A stretch of 63,764 bases of DNA, filler included, from Neolecta irregularis DAH-3 (taxonomy: Eukaryota), in NCBI GenBank assembly GCA_001929475.1. It is 6 parts of 6 records of this genome, joined end to end, with 100 filler letters (N's around TTAATTAATTAA, not from the genome) between each part and the next. Parts side by side here need not be neighbours in the genome. Positions count along the whole stretch, not along the records: positions 58,126 to 63,764 come from LXFE01000291.1; 5 more parts are not named here. One strand, given 5' to 3'. The translations under genes were made by a program, and so were the position numbers. The notes beneath the pieces are model-generated. The model had not been told where the DNA came from. It was given only the letters and a program-made list of their open reading frames with translations, and made no database searches. This document shows, piece by piece, positions 58,755 to 63,764 of the stretch (its first letter is position 1; each line of letters begins with the position of its first letter).

Positions 58755-61700
58755 ATGGCCACCGGTTCGCCAACAGGTCGTCGACGGGCTCCTACCATCA
58801 ATATCGATAATACGGTACTTTTCTGCTGGTCCTACGCTTATTGCACTAGAATCTGAATTTCGGCGAGTCTCCTTCCGACGGCCAAGATATTCGGACAGAT
58901 GAAAACCCATATCTCTCGGTTCCAGTCAAACGTCATCTTTCCTCCAGCCGTTCACGCACATCAAGCGAGGGGCTTCATTCACTTGATGGAAGCACAATCC
59001 ACGGAGGAACCTATGAAGCTCCGAATCTAGAGACAGACGACACCAACCCATCTTCTCCATTTGCATTCACTCCAAAACAGTTGACAAAGTTAACTGATCC
59101 CAAAAGCACAGAAGTGCTCAGGATAATGGGCGGAGTCGAGGGGCTATGTCTCGGTCTGCGAACAGACAGGAAGGCTGGGTTGAGCATTGACGAACTTTAT
59201 CTCGATGGAAAGGTGACATTGAAACAACTTTCAGACCCGGAATTCCTCAAGCGCCATGTCACCACCATAGGCCAAACTGAGCCGCGCATTGGCCTTCAAG
59301 GACGTTCATCAACTATTCGAACTGCGGGTGGGACACAGCAGACGTATCCTGACAGACTCCGCTACCTGGGCATAAACGTTCTCCCAGAAAAACCCATCAA
59401 AAGTCTATTCGTGCTAATGTGGATTGCACTTCAAGACAAAGTTATGATTCTGTTGAGTATCGCAGCTATAGTCTCTCTTTCCTTGGGTTTATATCAAACA
59501 TTTGGACAACCTGCTAAGCGCGACTTGAACGGCAACATGGAGCCAAAAGTTGACTGGTATGTCTGATCTAATCCGTTCATCATTCAATCTGCCTAGGGTA
59601 GAAGGTATTGCTATCATCGTTGCCATCACTATTGTTGTCATGGTGGGTGCGCTAAATGACTATCAAAAGGAGCGGCAATTCGTCAAGCTTAACAAGAAGG
59701 CAATCACATATCTTTTATGCAATCGCACTGACTAGATAGAAAGAAGACCGTCACGTCAATGTCATTCGATCAGGCTCTACTCGACAAATTTCTGTCTATG
59801 ATTTGCTTGTCGGAGATCTCGTTCATTTGGAACCCGGAGATATTATTCCTGTGGACGGGGTCCTTGTTAGTGGTCACAATATCAAATGTGACGAGTCAGC
59901 AACTACCGGAGAGTCTGATTCACTCAAGAAACTACCCGCCGATGAATGTCTTGCTACACCGAGAAATGCAGAGGGATTTAGCAGGAAATACGATTGTCTC
60001 ATCATCTCCGGGAGCAAGGTTGAGGATGGTACCGGGACTTTTATCGTCACCAACGTTGGTCAAAACAGCTTTTTTGGAAAAACAATGATGGGCACGTCAC
60101 TTTTTATCGTCGACTAATATCTAGGTCTCAGAACTGAACCTGAAGACACTCCTCTTCAAGTCAAACTTAATCGAGTTGCCGAATCTATCGCCAAAATGGG
60201 TGGCTCGTAATTACCCCTGCAGGTGACTTGTTAACATCCAGGGCTGCTCTGCTACTCTTCGTCGTCTTGTTCATTCGATTCCTCACTACACTGCCCAATA
60301 GCACCCAAACTAATTCAGAAAAAGGTCAAAACTTTTTGCAAATCCTTATAGTCTCGATCACTGTTGTCGTTGTTGCCGTTCCTGAAGGTCTGCCACTGGC
60401 TGTTACGCTCGCTCTTGCTTTTGCCACTACGCGAATGCTGAAAGATAATAATTTGGTCCGTGTTCTTCGTGCATGTGAAACTATGGGAAACGCTACCACA
60501 ATCTGCAGTGACAAGACAGGAACCTTGACACAAAATAAAATGTGCATTGTACGCGGCGTCATCGGTATAGCAAGTAAATTCAGAGTTCCTCCGCAAGACG
60601 TTTCCGAAGAAAAAAAGTCCTTTGAACATGACGACCAAGTGCTCATCAGTGACTTTATGAAAAGACTATCACCGGCAGTGCAGGAAATTCTGCTCTCTAG
60701 TATTTCCCTCAACTCCACTGCCTTTGAGGGAATGGACAAGGGGGAAAAAGCATTCATCGGCTCAAAAACAGAAACCGCTCTTTTAGAAATGGCACGGATC
60801 TACCTCGGAATGGGAAATCCAGAAATCGATCGGGGAAACGCTCAATTTGTGCAGTATATTCCATTTACTTCGGAACGCAAGTCTATGGAAATCGTTGTCA
60901 AGCTCTCGAGTCGCAAGTATCGTCTTTTTGTCAAAGGTGCTTCGGAAATCTTATTGGCTATGTGCTCCAATATTATCGCGGAACCCCTTGGGGATGAGAT
61001 TATCACTCGACCACTCACTGAAAGAGATATAGAATCGCTGATACTTACCATTGATAACTATGCGAATCAAAGTCTGCGGACTATAGGTCTTTGCTGGAAA
61101 GACTTTGACAGCTGGCCTCCAAGAGGATACCGATTATCTCCAGATGATCGCTCTCAGGTTCTTCCCGCTGATCTCCTCAAGGACTTGAACTTTTTGTCCA
61201 TCGTCGGAATTATGGATCCTCTCCGTCCAGGCGTTGGCAAGGCCGTAGCCGACTGCGTTCGAGCTGGAGTCTTTGTTAGAATGGTGACTGGAGATAATGT
61301 CGTTACAGCTAAAGCAATTGCTACAGAATGTGGAATTCTCACTCAAGGTGGAATGGTCTTGGAAGGCCCAAAATTTCGAGCAATGTCCGACTATGAGAAG
61401 ATACGTATACTTCCTCGTCTTCAAGTTCTCGCTCGTTCGAGTCCAGAAGATAAAAGGATCCTTGTGAAACTCCTTAAAGATCAGAACGAGACTGTTGCAG
61501 TGACAGGGGATGGAACAAACGATGGACCTGCTCTGAAAACCGCTGATGTTGGATTTTCAATGGGAATTGCTGGAACAGAGGTAGCCAAGGAGGCTTCATC
61601 AATCATTTTGATGGATGACAATTTCTCGTCAATTGTGAAGGCTATTCTTTGGGGTAGATGTGTGAATGATTCTGTTAAAAAGTTCCTGCAGGTAAACTTT

Positions 61701-62952
61701 GTCGACCAAAGCGCATTCTAATGGGCTCTAGTTTCAGCTGACAGTTAACATTACTGCTGTTCTGCTAACTTTTGTCTCGGCTGTTGCGAGTAGTGACGAA
61801 TCATCAGTTCTTACAGCTGTGCAGTTGCTTTGGGTTAATCTCATTATGGATACATTCGCTGCCCTCGCTCTTGCTACTGATCCACCAACTGAAAAATTAC
61901 TCGACCGCAAGCCCGATTCAAAAACCGCAGGTCTGATTTCATTCACAATGTGGAAGATGATTATTGGTCAAGCTATCTACCAACTTGTTGTTACATTTAT
62001 CCTCAATTTTGAGGGAAATGATATTCTCGGTTACAATTCGGCAAGCGAGCAAGACGGCCTTAGAACAGTTGTTTTCAACACATTTGTGTGGTGTCAGATT
62101 TTCAACGAATTCAATAATCGACGGCTGGATAACGGACTCAATATCTTCGAGGGCATCCACCGCAATTTCTTCTTCATTGTCATTACATTCCTTATGATTG
62201 CTGGTCAATTTCTTATCATCTTCGTCGGTGGAAGTGCTTTTCAAGTTCACCAGCTTGATGGTATTCAATGGATTATATCAATCGTTCTGGGTGCTCTTTC
62301 TATCCCTGTTGGTATTGTCCTTCGCCTTATACCCGACAAGTTTATTGCCAAATTCATCCCCGACAAGATTATGCGCCCTACACCTCCTTACCAAGAACAG
62401 CTTCCTCACTGGAATCACGCTATTGATAACGTTCGAGATGAATTATTGTTTATGAAAGCAATTAGAAGTCGAGGAAGGTACGGCGGGCTCGGAATTAGGA
62501 AAAACATTCGAAGACTCATGCCTGGCTCCCCGAAACCCAGTATGTCGAAGGAAGATACGGCTCCTCACACTCCGAGCATGCCTCCATCCCCAATGCTGTC
62601 TAGTCCCGGCTCATCGCATCGAAGAGGCCGAAGTCGTTCAAATAGCATCTTGTCCGCTGCTGTTGCGGCTCCTATGTTGATGGCCTCATCTATTGGTGCT
62701 GGTTGGACACCAGACCCTCTCAATAATCAACCTCTAGATTCTCCGCAGAGCATTCTCCCATCATCATCCATGCCTCCGAGTCCCAGCTCTCTAACTGCTA
62801 TCAGCGGAGTTTCAAATGGCAATACCCAGACTGATCACCCATCGCTCAGAGATCGCTTAACAGTAGGCCATTATCATTCTCGGAAAAATAGCCATGGAAG
62901 TATTCCCGAAGATCGAGCAGGAACAATGGGGCGTGATGAGCGGAGAAAATAG
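58755..62952 (+). CDS. PMC1: Vacuolar/PMCA-type P2B Ca2+-ATPase (multi-exon)
   Basis: First exon MATGSPTGRRRAPTINIDNT; SPFAFTPKQL, DESATTGESD, VPEGLPLAVT, CSDKTGTLT, MVTGDN, GDGTNDGPAL and QLLWVNLIMDT. Confidence 0.95.
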
Positions 62953-63521
62953 CATTGCATCTTGTATTTTTGCATGGGTTTGCTTTTTTCAGCAGATTAA
63001 ATTATATTTGGGTCTCAAGCATCTTGTAATGCCCGATTCTTTCATTGGGCGGTTTTATCGAGGAATTAGCTGTGTCGTGGACGTTTTCTTTTCCCTTTCC
63101 TGGGTCTTCTATATTTATTAATAAGGGAATCTCCCTATGCAAAATACTATTATGCTTATTGCATCTGGTTGCCTTTACGTCTTCACTAGTGTATAGTCTT
63201 GATTAATCAAGTATAACGATGAGTGCATTCTCTTTCAACCCGTAACAGGGCTATCGATTCTAATTAAATCATGGTCCATTCGGTTTCAGAGCTGTAGTTT
63301 GGTACACATCCTTAAGCTTGAGACTTTGTTTCTATTAGGTTAGAGATGTCAAACTCGATGGATGCCGGTTTATAAATCTGTTCTCATTGGGTGGATAAAA
63401 GGCAAAGTTACAAAATTGAACCGGCCGAAATAGAATTCCCTAAAAGCTGACAGACACAGGGTTATATAAACGACTGATCGAAGCTAGTAGTTAGATTGCT
63501 GTTATCTAAACATACTGGTTC

Positions 63522-63694
63522 GGTAAGCTTAACGCCGTTACAAATAAGACCAGGTATTATTTCTAGCCTAAGTGTTGTAACTCAGGCTAGGTATAACTAC
63601 ATACTCCGCTTCTTATGCTTGGCCCTTAATCGCCGCAATATTATCCAACACCTGGCTACTGTATTGGTAAGATACGCCGGTTAGGTATAAGGAC
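63522..63694 (+). mobile_element. Solo LTR family A copy
   Basis: GTAAGCTTAACGCC...TACAAATAAGACCAGG...CTAGCCTAAGTGTTGTAACTCAGGCTAGGTATAACTA closely matches the reverse complement of 24483-24672. Confidence 0.78.
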
Positions 63695-63699
63695 AGGTT

Positions 63700-63764
63700 C
63701 AGCGTTCCTAACCGACTGGACCAAATAGACCGTCCAAGTAGACTAGACCAGACCGGCAATAATT
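63700..63764 (+). mobile_element. DNA element terminus related to 17741
   Basis: CAGCGTTCCTAACCGACTGGACC followed by GACC/AGAC subterminal repeats. Confidence 0.45.

Overview
Gene-dense, intron-rich fungal genomic DNA made of seven contigs joined by N-gaps; five gaps carry an artificial TTAATTAATTAA linker. The gene set mixes fission-yeast-like genes (Fhl1, Stc1, cactin) with filamentous-fungus-type genes (xanthine dehydrogenase, myosin-motor chitin synthase). Introns are very short (about 30-45 nt) and many have non-GT donors. Together this suggests an early-diverging ascomycete (Taphrinomycotina, Neolecta-like); this is an inference. Recognisable genes: GCN20, SSK2/Wis4 MAPKKK, RING-CH ligase, Ama1/Cdc20-family activator, YTM1, IME2-like kinase, Stc1, partial SAM50, TAH18, FHL1, GRAM/VASt sterol transporter, flavin amine oxidase, XDH, partial forkhead factor, cactin, MTC1, partial myosin-chitin synthase and PMC1. 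The most unusual part is a ~9 kb accessory block (20.3-29.3 kb). It holds two divergently oriented, atypical Pif1-family helicase paralogs. One of them carries a spliced N-terminal RNase H1/caulimovirus-P6-type RNA:DNA hybrid-binding domain that the ORF track misses. The block also contains an intronless PLOD-like glycosyltransferase, a 58-aa IFI6/IFI27-like gene and solo-LTR-like repeats. All exon models were read by eye; no database searches were run.
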